A stretch of 64,000 bases of DNA, taken from the NCBI GenBank assembly GCA_963422735.1, contig OY730476.1:3296001-3360000 (forward strand), written 5' to 3'. The position numbers were made by a program, and so were the translations under genes. Position 1 is the first letter of the stretch. Each line of letters begins with the position of its first letter. A model generated the notes under the pieces. That model had not been told where the DNA came from. It did not search any database and saw nothing but the letters and a program-made list of their open reading frames with translations. The DNA comes from Candidatus Latescibacterota bacterium. Lineage in GTDB: Bacteria > Latescibacterota > UBA2968 > UBA8231. Positions 32,314-43,300 of this stretch are shown here, piece after piece.

Positions 32314-35202
32314 TCAGAAGGCAAACAGGTCCTCCAAGCCCAGCTCGACGATCTCGCCCTGCGCTGCTAGGGCCTCTAAGTCCATTTTGCTCTTGTCGCC
32401 CGTGATCGAAATCAGCTTGGGGCGGCCTTGGATGTGCTGGCGGTAGAATTCGAGCACCTCGTCGAGGTCGCTGGCTTGGATCTGCTCAAAGCGCCAAGAG
32501 CGCGGGTCGCCGGCTAGCCCCTTGCGCTCCCAGCCATGCACGGTCTCTAGCACCGAGCGGAACCCGAACCGTTCAGTGCGGTACTTGTTGAGAACTGAAA
32601 GCTGGGCGGCGGCAAAGCGCTCGGGCGAGGCGGGAATGTCGTTGAGCAGGCCGACGAAGGCCGCAACCGCTTCGGGCGTCTTGTCGGCTTGCGTGCCCAT
32701 GCCGCCGACCATGTAGTTGTAGTCGGATTTGTCGTATCCATTGAAGTAGAGAGCACCCACCGAGTACGCGAGGGCGCGCGCTTCGCGGATCTCTTGGAAT
32801 ACGATGCCGGCCATGCCTCCGTAGAAGTAGTCGTTGAATAGCTCAACTGCTGGCTCGAGTGCCGCTTGGTAGGGCACATCCACGTATTCGATCCTCACTA
32901 GGGCTTGGGCCATCTCCTTGTCGAAGAAGTAGATCTGGGTTTTTTCGGGCTGGGTAAACTCCAAGACCTGATAGGGCGGCGGCTCGACCGGAGACTCGGG
33001 CAGCAGGTAGTGCTGGGCGAGGATGGCCTGTACGTCCTCGATGGGTTGCGACCCGATGTAGCTGAGGGTCTGGCGATAGGCGAGCAAGCCGCTCAACAAG
33101 TCGAGCAACTCCTCGCGGCCCAGAGCGCGAACTTCCTCGTTGGAGGGGACTCGGCGGTAGTAGGCCATGTCGCCTAAGCGGTGGTAGCGGTAGAGGGCTT
33201 CGTGTATGGTGCGGTGATCTTTGAGGGCGTCGTCGCGCCGAGCGATGATAATGGCCTGAAGCTCGGCGAGCGTGGCGTCGTCGGTGGTCGGATCGTGCAT
33301 TAACTCGGACAACAAGGCGAGCGACGCGGCAAAGTTGTCGTCGAGACCCGAGATGGAAATCGTGGTCTCTTGGTCGCCGACGCTCATCCTAAAGTCGGTG
33401 CCCAGCTTGTACCACTCCTTTTTCAGTTCTTCGGAGGTAAAGCGCGGGGTGCCCGATTTGTCGAGCAGTTCGCGGGCCACGGGCAGGCGATTTTCGGTTA
33501 GAGAACCGATGTCGATCGCGATAGAAAAGTCGAAGAGGTCGTTGAGCGGGTTGCGGGCGTAGTAGAGCTTGCTGCCATCCGCCCGCTCGCGGGTAGTAAA
33601 GTCGCGTTCAGGGACGAGATAGGCCGGCTCGATCTCCGCAAAGGGCATGGCCATGACCTCGGTGAAAAAGGCCGATTGGCGCGAGGCGTCGATGTCGATT
33701 TTTTCGATGGGCGGCTTGGCGATCTCGGGTATGTCCTGCTCTCCATCGCGGCGGTAGCCGGCGACGTACGCTCCGTTGAAATAGGTGTTGGCGACTTCGA
33801 TGATGTCTTGCTTCTCGATCTCGGCCATTCGGTCGAGGGCGCGCACCGCGTGGCTCCATTCCTCAAACCCGAGATACGCATCGCGCATGAAGCCGACCCG
33901 AGAACTGTTGTTTTCCAGCCCCTGCTTTACGCTCTTCTTGAAGTCGATGACAATGGCCGGGATGATCCAATCCTCGAATTGCCCGGCCCTGAGCAGATCG
34001 ATCTGCTCCACGAGCAGGGCCTCGACTTCCTCAAGGGTCTGGTCCTGTTTGGGAATGCCCCACAAGTACTGGGTGCCGTAGTCGTTGAGTAGATAGGGAT
34101 AAGAGCCGGCTTCGCGCACCTTCTGCTGCTGGTTGAGATTGAGGTTGATTAGCCCAGCTGTGGCGTTGTCGAGGATCATGTCGAGGATCTGCAGGGCCTC
34201 GGCGTCCTCGTGTGCGCGCCGCGCAGTGCGAAAGGCCAAAAGCACATATTCCTCGCCGGGATAGTTGACCTCGACCCGTTCCACCTCTTTGATCACAGGC
34301 TCCTTGTGCTCGGGGAATTGGGGCAGTACTCTGTGCTCCCAGAGAGAGAATTCGCGGTCGATGAGCTGGATGGTCTCGTCGATGTCGATATCGCCAGAGA
34401 TGAAGATGGCCATGTTGTTGGGCACGTAATAGGTGTGATAGAACTCATACATGCGCTCTAGCGAGGGGTTTTTCAGGTGCTCCACTGTGCCCAGCGTGGT
34501 GACGCGGTAGGGATGGACCTTGTAGAATTGCTCCTGCACGGCCTTGCGGATGACGCGGCCCTTGTTGTCGAGGGAGCGGTTTTTTTCCTCATAGACGGTT
34601 TCCAACTCGGTTTGGAAGAGGCGGAAGACCGGCTCGTGGAAGCGCTCGGCCTCGATCTTGGCCCATTGCGCTAGGCGATTGGCTGGCAGTTCCACCTTAT
34701 AGACGGTTTCCTCGACCCAGGTGTGGGCGTTGAGGCCGCGCTCGCCCATCGCGGTGTAGAGGCGGTCGAGTTCATTGGGAATGGCGTAGGCCGCGGCGAG
34801 TTGGTTTTCGGCATTGATCTGTGCGTAGATTGCGGCCCTTTTTTCCGGATCGGTCTCGCCAAAGTGTTGCTCGTAGAGCGCCTCGATGCGGTCGAGGTGG
34901 ACCTTCTCCTTTTCGTAGTTGAGAGTGCCGATCTTCTCGCTGCCCTTGAAGAGCATGTGCTCCAGATAATGGGCGATGCCGGTGGCGTCTTGGGGATCGT
35001 GTTTGGAACCAGCGCGAACGGCGATTTCGGCGTGGAAGCGCGGCTCTTCCCTGTTTTGGGTCAGATAGACCGTCAGGCCGTTGTCCAACTGGTAGATGTG
35101 GGCCTGCATGGAGTCTTTGGGGTCCGGGCCGTGGAGCAGTTTGTACTCGGCCGGAAGGGCCTCGGCCAAGACTAGAAAGAAGAGCGCGTACAGGAGGGGC
35201 AT
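32314..35202 (-). CDS. Secreted M16-family zinc peptidase (insulinase/PqqL-like)
   Basis: Signal peptide; LDNGLTVYL, VRAGSKHDP, inverted zinc motif HYLEH; second half has EIREARALAYSV. Confidence 0.92.
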   Translation of the reverse strand: MPLLYALFFLVLAEALPAEYKLLHGPDPKDSMQAHIYQLDNGLTVYLTQNREEPRFHAEIAVRAGSKHDPQDATGIAHYLEHMLFKGSEKIGTLNYEKEKVHLDRIEALYEQHFGETDPEKRAAIYAQINAENQLAAAYAIPNELDRLYTAMGERGLNAHTWVEETVYKVELPANRLAQWAKIEAERFHEPVFRLFQTELETVYEEKNRSLDNKGRVIRKAVQEQFYKVHPYRVTTLGTVEHLKNPSLERMYEFYHTYYVPNNMAIFISGDIDIDETIQLIDREFSLWEHRVLPQFPEHKEPVIKEVERVEVNYPGEEYVLLAFRTARRAHEDAEALQILDMILDNATAGLINLNLNQQQKVREAGSYPYLLNDYGTQYLWGIPKQDQTLEEVEALLVEQIDLLRAGQFEDWIIPAIVIDFKKSVKQGLENNSSRVGFMRDAYLGFEEWSHAVRALDRMAEIEKQDIIEVANTYFNGAYVAGYRRDGEQDIPEIAKPPIEKIDIDASRQSAFFTEVMAMPFAEIEPAYLVPERDFTTRERADGSKLYYARNPLNDLFDFSIAIDIGSLTENRLPVARELLDKSGTPRFTSEELKKEWYKLGTDFRMSVGDQETTISISGLDDNFAASLALLSELMHDPTTDDATLAELQAIIIARRDDALKDHRTIHEALYRYHRLGDMAYYRRVPSNEEVRALGREELLDLLSGLLAYRQTLSYIGSQPIEDVQAILAQHYLLPESPVEPPPYQVLEFTQPEKTQIYFFDKEMAQALVRIEYVDVPYQAALEPAVELFNDYFYGGMAGIVFQEIREARALAYSVGALYFNGYDKSDYNYMVGGMGTQADKTPEAVAAFVGLLNDIPASPERFAAAQLSVLNKYRTERFGFRSVLETVHGWERKGLAGDPRSWRFEQIQASDLDEVLEFYRQHIQGRPKLISITGDKSKMDLEALAAQGEIVELGLEDLFAF

Positions 35203-35388
35203 AACCGATCCTTTGTTCGGGGTGTAAGTTGTGTAACAAGGTCATCGGAAATACGAAAAAGGGGCGAACTATGGCAAGTCCGCAAAACAGCGGGCAGCGC
35301 GTTGGTTTGGCACGTTTTTTTCTTTGTAGTACACAACGCAGTACAGCGCACCCATGACGTGGTCTTTAGGTAACGAAAAGCGGACAAA

Positions 35389-36057
35389 ATGGAAACACTA
35401 CAGATGTGGGGCCGTGCCCTGTTGGACTTTGCCTATCCGCCGCACTGCGCGGTTTGCGAAGCGGACATCGAGGCGGCCGAGTTGCTGTGCGGGTCGTGCT
35501 GGGCGGAGATTGTGTCGCGCCGCCGGCGTCCTCAGGCCGAGGACGGAGGATGTGCGTTTGAAAAGGTCGTCGCCTTGGGGCCGTTCACCGGAGTGCTGCA
35601 ACAGGCCATTTACGCGCTTAAATTTCGCAACCAAGTGCGGCTAGGAAGGGCGTTGGGCGAGCGCATGGGGCAGTGCTTGGCCGACCAACTCGCCCCGGTG
35701 GATTGCTTGTTATCCGTGCCCTTGCACCCGGCTCGGCTGCGGGAGCGCGGGTACAATCAGAGCGCGGAAATCGCCATCGGGTTGGGGGCCGTGCTCGGCG
35801 TACCCGTGTGCCACGGGGTCGTGCGCCGACGGAGAAATACTCGGCAGCAAGCCCTCTTGTCGGCAGAGGAGCGCCGCGCCAATCTTCGCGGTGCCTTTGC
35901 GCTCATGGCCGCGCCGCCCGCAAGTGCCCGGATCGGAATAGTAGATGACGTATGGACGACCGGAGAGACCATGGCCGCCTGTGCCCAAGCCGTGGGGGGC
36001 GACCGCTTGTGGGCCGTTGTCTTGGCGCGCTCGGGCGCGGGCGATCTATTGACCTAA
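35389..36057 (+). CDS. comF: ComF-family amidophosphoribosyltransferase-like protein
   Basis: N-terminal zinc motifs CAVC..CGSC, VPLHPARLRERGYNQS, IVDDVWTTGET. Confidence 0.88.
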   Translation: METLQMWGRALLDFAYPPHCAVCEADIEAAELLCGSCWAEIVSRRRRPQAEDGGCAFEKVVALGPFTGVLQQAIYALKFRNQVRLGRALGERMGQCLADQLAPVDCLLSVPLHPARLRERGYNQSAEIAIGLGAVLGVPVCHGVVRRRRNTRQQALLSAEERRANLRGAFALMAAPPASARIGIVDDVWTTGETMAACAQAVGGDRLWAVVLARSGAGDLLT

Positions 36058-36077
36058 TTCTAATATGCTCCTACATT
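36049..36077 (+). promoter_or_regulatory. Putative sigma70 promoter for pfk-pgk-tpiA
   Basis: TTGACC (36049-36054), 17 bp, TACATT (36072-36077). Confidence 0.5.
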
Positions 36078-36146
36078 TAGGCGTTTTTGAAATCCCCATA
36101 CTCCAAGCTGTACTTCAGAGTTGGCCGCGAGCCAAGGAGTCCGAAT

Positions 36147-37199
36147 ATGGCCGAAAAGATGATCGGCATATTGACCGGAGGAGGCGACTGTCCGGGCCTC
36201 AATGCCGTCATTCGCGCTGTTGTGCGCAAGGGCATTACTGCATACCGATACCGCTTCCGCGGCATTCTCAAGGGCTGGAAAGGAATGATGGAGTGCGACT
36301 GGGAGCCTTTGGGCCTGGAGGAAATTTCCGGCATTTTGCCCAAGGGCGGCACCATCCTCGGCACGTCGCGGACCAACCCGTTCAAAGAGGAAGACGGCGG
36401 CGACATCGTCGTCGATAACATGCGGCGGATGAAGTTGGATGCGCTCGTGGCGGTCGGCGGCGAGGACACGCTGGGGGTGGCCAACAAGCTAACGAGCATG
36501 GGGGTGCCGATCGTGGGTGTGCCCAAGACCATTGACAACGACCTGAACGGCACGGACTACACTTTTGGCTTTGATACAGCGGTCAATATCGTCACCGAAG
36601 CCATCGACCGGATCCACACCACGGCTGAATCCCACAACCGAGTGATGATCATTGAGGTCATGGGGCGGCACAGCGGTTGGATCGCTATCCACGCTGGCTT
36701 GGCCGGTGGCGCGGATATGATCCTCATTCCCGAGCAGAAATACACCATCGAGGAAATCGTCAGCACCATCCGCAAGCGACACGAGCGCGGCAAGGACTTT
36801 TCGATCGTGGTAGTAGCCGAGGGGGCGCAACTGATTTCCGAGAAAGGCGGGGAGGACGAATACGCGGTCTCCGAGGGAGGCCTCGACGAGTTCGGCCACG
36901 TCAAGCTAGGCGGCATTGGCCAACTCGTCGCCAACTCGGTTGAGGAGGCGACGAGCTACGAGACGCGGGTTACTGTGCTGGGGCATTTGCAGCGCGGGGG
37001 GACGCCCACGGCCTTCGACCGCGTCTTGGGCACGCGCTTTGGCATTGCCGCCATCGACTTGGTGCATGCAGGCGACTTCGGCAAGATGGTGAGTTTGCAA
37101 GGCAATGAAATCGTGGCGATCCCGCTTGCCGAGGCGGTCAATCAACTCAAGGTCGTGGATCAAGAGCTATACGACCTAGCCACGGTATTCTTCGGTTGA
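36147..37199 (+). CDS. pfkA: 6-phosphofructokinase, group III type (possibly PPi-dependent)
   Basis: TGGGDCPGLNA, GGEDT, PKTIDND, EVMGRHSG, LGHLQRGG. Confidence 0.93.
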   Translation: MAEKMIGILTGGGDCPGLNAVIRAVVRKGITAYRYRFRGILKGWKGMMECDWEPLGLEEISGILPKGGTILGTSRTNPFKEEDGGDIVVDNMRRMKLDALVAVGGEDTLGVANKLTSMGVPIVGVPKTIDNDLNGTDYTFGFDTAVNIVTEAIDRIHTTAESHNRVMIIEVMGRHSGWIAIHAGLAGGADMILIPEQKYTIEEIVSTIRKRHERGKDFSIVVVAEGAQLISEKGGEDEYAVSEGGLDEFGHVKLGGIGQLVANSVEEATSYETRVTVLGHLQRGGTPTAFDRVLGTRFGIAAIDLVHAGDFGKMVSLQGNEIVAIPLAEAVNQLKVVDQELYDLATVFFG

Positions 37200-37203
37200 C
37201 TTT

Positions 37204-38406
37204 ATGGCCAAGCGCACTATCAGGGAGCTTGATGTCGCTGGCAAGCGGATCCTCGTGCGAGTAGATTTCAACGTGCCGCTCGACGAGGCTGGCCGGATCG
37301 TCGAAGATACGCGGATTCGCGCAGCACTGCCAACGGTTGAGCACTTATTGGCTCGGGGTGCGTCCGTAATTCTGATGTCGCACTTGGGCCGCCCCCGGGG
37401 CCAGCGAGTACCCACACTGTCGCTGGCCCCGGTAGCCGAGCACCTGAGCCTGTTGTTGGGACGTGCGGTGGGCTTGGCTCCAGACTGCGTGGGTGCCGAG
37501 GTTGCGGCCCAAGCCGCTGCCTTGCAGCCGGGGCAGATCCTGCTCTTAGAGAACGTGCGCTTCCACCCGGGAGAGGAGCAGAACGAGCGGATTTTTGCGC
37601 AGCACTTGGCCGAGCTGGGCGATGCGTATGTCAACGACGCCTTTGGAGCGGCGCACCGGGCCCACGCCTCGACCGAGGGGGTACCGCGCTGTATGGGCGC
37701 GGGGGCCAGCGGCCTGTTGATGGAGCGGGAAATTTCCTATCTCGACGAGGCCATGCGCCGTCCGCAACGGCCATTTATCGCCGTTTTGGGCGGGGCCAAG
37801 ATATCGGGCAAGATCGAGCTGATTGAGCACTTGCTCGACCGGGTGGATGCCCTGCTCATCGGCGGCGGCATGGCCTATACCTTTTTCAAGGCCATGGGGC
37901 TGGAGATCGGGGATTCGTTGCTCGAAGAGGACCGCCTAGATACGGCCCGGGAGTTATTGACCCGAGTCGAAAATGGGGGGTTGGCTCTCCAGCTTCCTGT
38001 TGATTGCGTAGTCGCCGACCGCTTTGCCGCCGATGCCCAAGCGCAAGTGGTCGCCCGCGAGGCCATACCCCGCGATTGGCAGGGCGTGGACATCGGCTCC
38101 CAGAGCCGGCAGTACTACGCCGACCAGATCGCCCGGGGAGGCACCATAGTGTGGAACGGCCCTCTCGGAGTGTGTGAGATGGCACCCTTTGCCAAAGGTA
38201 CTCAACAGGTTGCCCAAGCCCTAGCTGCCGCCACCCGTGAGGGTGCCTTGAGCATTATTGGCGGTGGGGACACGGCCGCGGCTGTAACCCAGGCCGGATT
38301 GGCCCAAGCGATGACCCACATTTCCACTGGGGGCGGGGCTTCGCTAGAGTGCATGAGCGGGCGGGTTTTGCCCGGGGTGGCGGCCTTGGACGACGAGGAA
38401 ATCTGA
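37204..38406 (+). CDS. pgk: Phosphoglycerate kinase
   Basis: RVDFNVP, SHLGRP, LLENVRF, NDAFGAAHRAHAS, HISTGGGASLE. Confidence 0.97.
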   Translation: MAKRTIRELDVAGKRILVRVDFNVPLDEAGRIVEDTRIRAALPTVEHLLARGASVILMSHLGRPRGQRVPTLSLAPVAEHLSLLLGRAVGLAPDCVGAEVAAQAAALQPGQILLLENVRFHPGEEQNERIFAQHLAELGDAYVNDAFGAAHRAHASTEGVPRCMGAGASGLLMEREISYLDEAMRRPQRPFIAVLGGAKISGKIELIEHLLDRVDALLIGGGMAYTFFKAMGLEIGDSLLEEDRLDTARELLTRVENGGLALQLPVDCVVADRFAADAQAQVVAREAIPRDWQGVDIGSQSRQYYADQIARGGTIVWNGPLGVCEMAPFAKGTQQVAQALAAATREGALSIIGGGDTAAAVTQAGLAQAMTHISTGGGASLECMSGRVLPGVAALDDEEI

Positions 38407-38407
38407 G

Positions 38408-39160
38408 ATGAGCCGACCCATTGTCGCTGGCAACTGGAAGATGCACAAGACCGCTGCTGAAGCTGTCGAGCTGGTCGAAGGGATCAAGCCGCTCGTCGCG
38501 GGGCTCGACGTAGAAGTCGTCGTCTGCCCGCCTTTCACTGGCCTACAAGCCGTGCGTGAGGTTCTTGCCGACAGCACCATTGGGCTGGGGGCCCAGAACA
38601 TGCACTGGGAGCGGCAGGGAGCTTTCACCGGAGAAATATCCTCCGACATGCTCTTGGCGGTTGGTTGCTCTTATGTGTTGCTAGGGCACTCCGAGAGAAG
38701 ACAATTTTGTGGCGAGGACAACTCGCTGATCAACCGCAAGCTAGCCTGCGCCCTCCAAGTCGGCCTTTGCCCGATCGTCTGCGTGGGCGAGACGCTGCAA
38801 GAGCGCGAAGCTAAGCGAATTGAGGAAGTCGTCCTCGGCCAAGTGGGCGGTGCTCTAGCCGGGATTGAAGCGAGCACAGCCAGCGCGGTATTGTGGGCGT
38901 ACGAGCCGGTTTGGGCGATTGGCACTGGCGTGACGGCGACGGCCGTGCAAGCCGAAGAGGTACATGCGATGATCCGCCACTTTCTTGCTGGGCACTTGGG
39001 AAAAGCAGCCGCCGACGAGGTGCGCATCCAGTACGGTGGCAGCGTCAAGCCCGAAAACGCAGCCGAACTCTTTGCCCAAGACAACATTGACGGGGGCTTG
39101 ATCGGCGGTGCCGCGCTGGAAGCCGGGCAGTTTGCCGCTATTGTGAAGGCCGCCCTTTAG
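38408..39160 (+). CDS. tpiA: Triosephosphate isomerase
   Basis: AGNWKM, LGHSERR, AYEPVWAIGTG, YGGSVKP. Confidence 0.97.
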   Translation: MSRPIVAGNWKMHKTAAEAVELVEGIKPLVAGLDVEVVVCPPFTGLQAVREVLADSTIGLGAQNMHWERQGAFTGEISSDMLLAVGCSYVLLGHSERRQFCGEDNSLINRKLACALQVGLCPIVCVGETLQEREAKRIEEVVLGQVGGALAGIEASTASAVLWAYEPVWAIGTGVTATAVQAEEVHAMIRHFLAGHLGKAAADEVRIQYGGSVKPENAAELFAQDNIDGGLIGGAALEAGQFAAIVKAAL

Positions 39161-39246
39161 CCTTAAATTTATCTCAATTAGGGATCGCGAATTGGGGCGG
39201 TAACTCCTAATCCGTAATTTCCAGAATTGGGAGCCATCACAAAACT

Positions 39247-39636
39247 ATGATTGAGATTCTATTTACGACTTTTCACGTGCTGGTCTGCTTGCTCCTAGTC
39301 GTGACCGTGCTCTTGCAGGCGGGCAAGGGGGGCGGCTTGGCCGGATCGATCGGCGGTGGCTTAGCCTCTTCCTCAGTGTTGGGGGGCCGCACCGCAGCCA
39401 CGTTTCTGACCAAGGCCACCACCATTTTGGCTACGGCCTTTATGCTTAGCTGCTTGGTGCAGTCGGTTGCCTTTCAGACGGCCGAGACCACCCCGACGAC
39501 GGCAACGCAACGGACGATGACCGAGGGACAGGTGCCAGTAGCGCCCGCCATCCCAGAAGCAGAGCACCTGCTGGGCGAGAAGGAAGAGTCGGCCGAAACC
39601 TCAACCGCCGAGGAGCCGCCGGCCGAGGCTCAGTAG
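39247..39636 (+). CDS. secG: Preprotein translocase subunit SecG
   Basis: VLLQAGKGGGL..FLTKATTIL; conserved tpiA-secG-tRNA-Leu order. Confidence 0.92.
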   Translation: MIEILFTTFHVLVCLLLVVTVLLQAGKGGGLAGSIGGGLASSSVLGGRTAATFLTKATTILATAFMLSCLVQSVAFQTAETTPTTATQRTMTEGQVPVAPAIPEAEHLLGEKEESAETSTAEEPPAEAQ

Positions 39637-39656
39637 CAGTTCAGACTAGTTTTTGT

Positions 39657-39741
39657 GCCGAAGTGGTGAAATTGGTAGACACGCTGTCTTGAGGGGGCAG
39701 TGCCTTCGGGCGTCGGGGTTCGAATCCCCGCTTCGGCACCA
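39657..39741 (+). tRNA. tRNA-Leu(GAG)
   Basis: GCCGAAG..GGTAGAC..CTGTC-TTGAGGG-GGCAG, long variable arm, GGTTCGAATCC, CTTCGGC-ACCA. Confidence 0.96.
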
Positions 39742-39756
39742 TACATGTAAGTTGGC

Positions 39757-39790
39757 AAAGGGACTGTACAAGCGCACAGTCCCTTTTTTT
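39757..39790 (+). terminator. Intrinsic terminator after tRNA-Leu
   Basis: AAAGGGACTGT-loop-ACAGTCCCTTTTTTT. Confidence 0.85.
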
Positions 39791-39810
39791 GTTTAGACTC
39801 GGCGCAGGCG

Positions 39811-40059
39811 CTAGTAGAGTGGAACGGCCTCGTCGAGGAGCAGGATGGGGATTTCGTCCTGTATCGGATAGAGGTACGCGCCATCTGCGCGCACCAGTCC
39901 GCCGTCGATTTTGCCTTCTACGGTCTTGCCGGCCCGATTCTTGACTTCCCCGTGTGCAATGCGGCTGTTGAGCTCGGCGATGAGTCCTTCCTCGGCGAGT
40001 GCCACCGGCTCTTTGGTCTCGGGACAGGCGAGAATCTCCAACAGTTCTTTGTCGATCAT
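39811..40059 (-). CDS. Trm112/UPF0434-family protein
   Basis: MIDKELLEILACPETK..YPIQDEIPILLLDEA. Confidence 0.88.
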   Translation of the reverse strand: MIDKELLEILACPETKEPVALAEEGLIAELNSRIAHGEVKNRAGKTVEGKIDGGLVRADGAYLYPIQDEIPILLLDEAVPLY

Positions 40060-40189
40060 CAGAGGTATCTCCTCGAAAAAAATCAAAGATAGACTGGTCT
40101 GTTTCCAGCGACAAGTTCATTGAGTTTAATTGAGTTTAAGTGAAAAAATAATAACATGTTATGAAAATAGCAACCCCTTCTGTAGGTCA

Positions 40190-40218
40190 TTGACAGCCCC
40201 TTTTGAATTGGCTATGTT
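40190..40218 (+). promoter_or_regulatory. Putative sigma70 promoter of dnaE
   Basis: TTGACA (40190-40195), 17 bp, TATGTT (40213-40218), with an AT-rich upstream region. Confidence 0.6.
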
Positions 40219-40328
40219 TCACAAGAGGCGATGCCCTTCCCCAAGGCAAGGCAGTTTGGCCTGTTGTTCGGCCGTACTCTCTAAGTGTTCAGAGGTTTTT
40301 TTAGCGCATACAAGTAGCGGAGGTGGTG

Positions 40329-43300
40329 ATGGCTTCGGCTGATTTTGTCCATTTACACGGTCACAGCGAATACAGTCTGCTCGATGGAGGGTGCCGGATC
40401 GGCGAGATGGCCGAGTTGGCGGCCGAGCACAAAATGCCAGCCTTGGCCATTACCGACCACGGCAACCTCTTTGGTGCCATCCAGCACTATCAGGCCTGCC
40501 AAGCGGCTGGCATTAACCCCATCATCGGCTGCGAGGTCTATGTAGCGATCGAAAGTCGCCACTTGCGCCAAGCCGCCCGCGGCCTGACCCACGCTTCCAA
40601 TCACCTCGTCCTGCTGGCCCAAAACGATACCGGCTACCGCAACCTGACCAAGCTCGTCTCCAAAGGCTACTTAGAAGGCTACTACTACAATCCCCGCATC
40701 GACAAAGAGATTTTGCGCCAACACGCCGACGGCCTGCTGTGCCTGTCGGCCTGCGTCAGCGGCGAAGTCGCCCATCTCATTCAGCGCGAGGGCGTATCCG
40801 CGGCGGAACGAGCCGCCCGCGAGTACATGGACATCTTTGGCGACAACTACTATCTGGAGATCCAGCGCCACGCCAACGACAGCAAAGCAAAGGTCAGAGA
40901 CGACCTCCCAAAAATCGAAGCAAAGGTCAACGACGGCCTCCTGAAGCTAGAAAAAAAGCTGGGCTTGCCCCTAGTCGCCACCAACGACTTTCACTTCCTG
41001 CACGCCGAAGACCACGCAGCCCATGACGCCCTGATCTGCATCCAGACTGGCAAGAAAATAGCCGAGACCAATCGCATGTGCTATCCCGACGGTCTCTACA
41101 TGAAAACGCCCGAGGAGATGTACGAACTGTTCGGCGATATGCCCCACGCCTTGGAGAACACCCTCGAGATTGCCGAAAAGTGCGACGTGCGGTTCGAATT
41201 CGGCGACTTCAAGCTGCCCACTTTTCCCAAGCCCAAGGGCTTTGACGACGACGGCCAATATCTCACCCACTTGGCCAACGAAGGCCTCAAACGACGCTAC
41301 GACCACATTGACGATAAGTTACAAGAGCGCCTCGACTACGAACTAAATGTCATCGTCCAGATGGGATACGCCGGCTACTTCCTCATCGTGTGGGACTACG
41401 TCCACTTTGCCCGCAACAACGGCATTTCCGTGGGCCCAGGACGAGGCTCGACTGCCGGCTGCCTAGTCGCCTATGCCTTGGGCATCACCAACACCGATCC
41501 CATCAAGTACAATCTGCTCTTCGAGCGCTTTCTCAGCTCCGAGCGGGCCGCCATGCCCGATATCGATATCGACTTTGCCGACACGGGCCGCGACCAGATC
41601 ATTCGCTACGTCATCGACAAGTACGGCGAGCAGAACGTCTCCCAGGTCATCACTTTTGCCACCATGGGTGCCAAGGCCGTCATCCGCGATGTGGGCCGCG
41701 TTTTGGGCATGGATTTCGGCGAAGTAGATCGCATAGCCAAACTGGTACCCAATGAACTCAAGATCTCCCTCGACAAAGCCATCGACACAGTCCCCGAACT
41801 CGAGCAGATGGCCGCAGCCTCCGACGAAAAAGGCCAGCTCATCGCCCACGCCCGCAGACTCGAAGGGATCTCCCGCCACGCCTCGGTGCATGCGGCCGCG
41901 GTCATTGTAGCCCCCTCGGACTTAACCGACTTCGTCCCCCTGTACAAATCCCCCAAAGACGGCCGTATCTCCACCCAGTTCGATGGAGAGACATGCGACG
42001 CGCTGGGCCTGCTCAAAATGGACTTTTTAGGGCTTAGGGAACTCTCCCTCATGGACGAGGCCGTCCGCCTCATCCGCCTCCGCATCCCCGACTTCGATCT
42101 AGAGAAAATCCCTTGGGACGACCAGGCCACTTTCGACCTGTTCGGCCGCGGCGAGACCATCGGCGTGTTCCAGTTTGAAAGCGGCGGCATGCGCGAGTAC
42201 TTGAGTCAGCTCGAGCCCGACAATATCGAGGACATCATCGCCATGAACGCCCTGTACCGGCCAGGCCCTATGGAGATGATCCCGCGCTATATCGCCCGCA
42301 AGCACGGCGAGGAACCCGCGGCTTACGACCACCCCGCTCTAGAGCCGATTCTCTCCGATACCTTCGGGGTGCTGGTTTACCAAGAGCAGGTCATGCAGGT
42401 GGCCCAAGCCTTGGCCAGTCTGTCGCTGGGTGAGGCTTATATAATGATTAAGGCCATCGGCAAGAAAAAGCCCGAAGAGATGGCCAAAATGAAAAAGGCC
42501 TTCATTGACGGGTGCTTGGCCAATGGGGTAGATCGCAAGACTGCGGATAAGGTTTTTGCTGCGGTCGAAGTATTCTCGGGCTACGGCTTCAACCGCTCGC
42601 ATTCGGCTCCTTATTCGGAAGTCGCCTACAAGAACGCCTATCTCAAGGCCAACTACCCCAAGGAGTACATGGCGGCCTCGCTGACCATGGCGCGCAACAA
42701 CACCGATACGCTCACCGTGCTTTTGGATGAGTGTCGCCGCATGGAAATCCCGGTCCTGCCGCCCGATGCCAATCAGAGCTCGCTCAACTTTACGCCGACT
42801 GATGGGGGCGTTCGCTACGGCCTAGCAGCGATCAAAAACGTCGGCGAGGGCGCAGCGCAGCGCATAGTCGAGACGCGGATTGCAGACGGGCCTTTTACCA
42901 CCCTGTTTGAGTTCTGCGAGCGCATCGATTTGCGCGCAGTCAACCGGCGCGTGGTCGAGAGTCTGGTTGCTGCTGGGGCATTGGACGGCCTTGAAGGCCA
43001 TCGCGCACAGAAAATGGAGGCGCTAGATCTGGCGTTAAAGGCCGCAGGCAAGGCCCAGGAAGACCGCGAGAAGGGGCAGATCAGCCTCTTCGACGGCGGC
43101 TCGTCCGAGCTGGTGGTGCAGGACCTGCCCGGGGTCGAGGAGTGGTCCGAGCGTGATAAACTGGCCAAGGAACGCGACCTGTTGGGCTTCTATATCTCCA
43201 GCCATCCGCTCAAGCCCTACGCCCGCGACCTAAAAAACTTCGCTCGGCCCCTAAGCGAGATAGAGGGACAGCGCAACGGTGCGCCACTGCGAGTCGGCGG

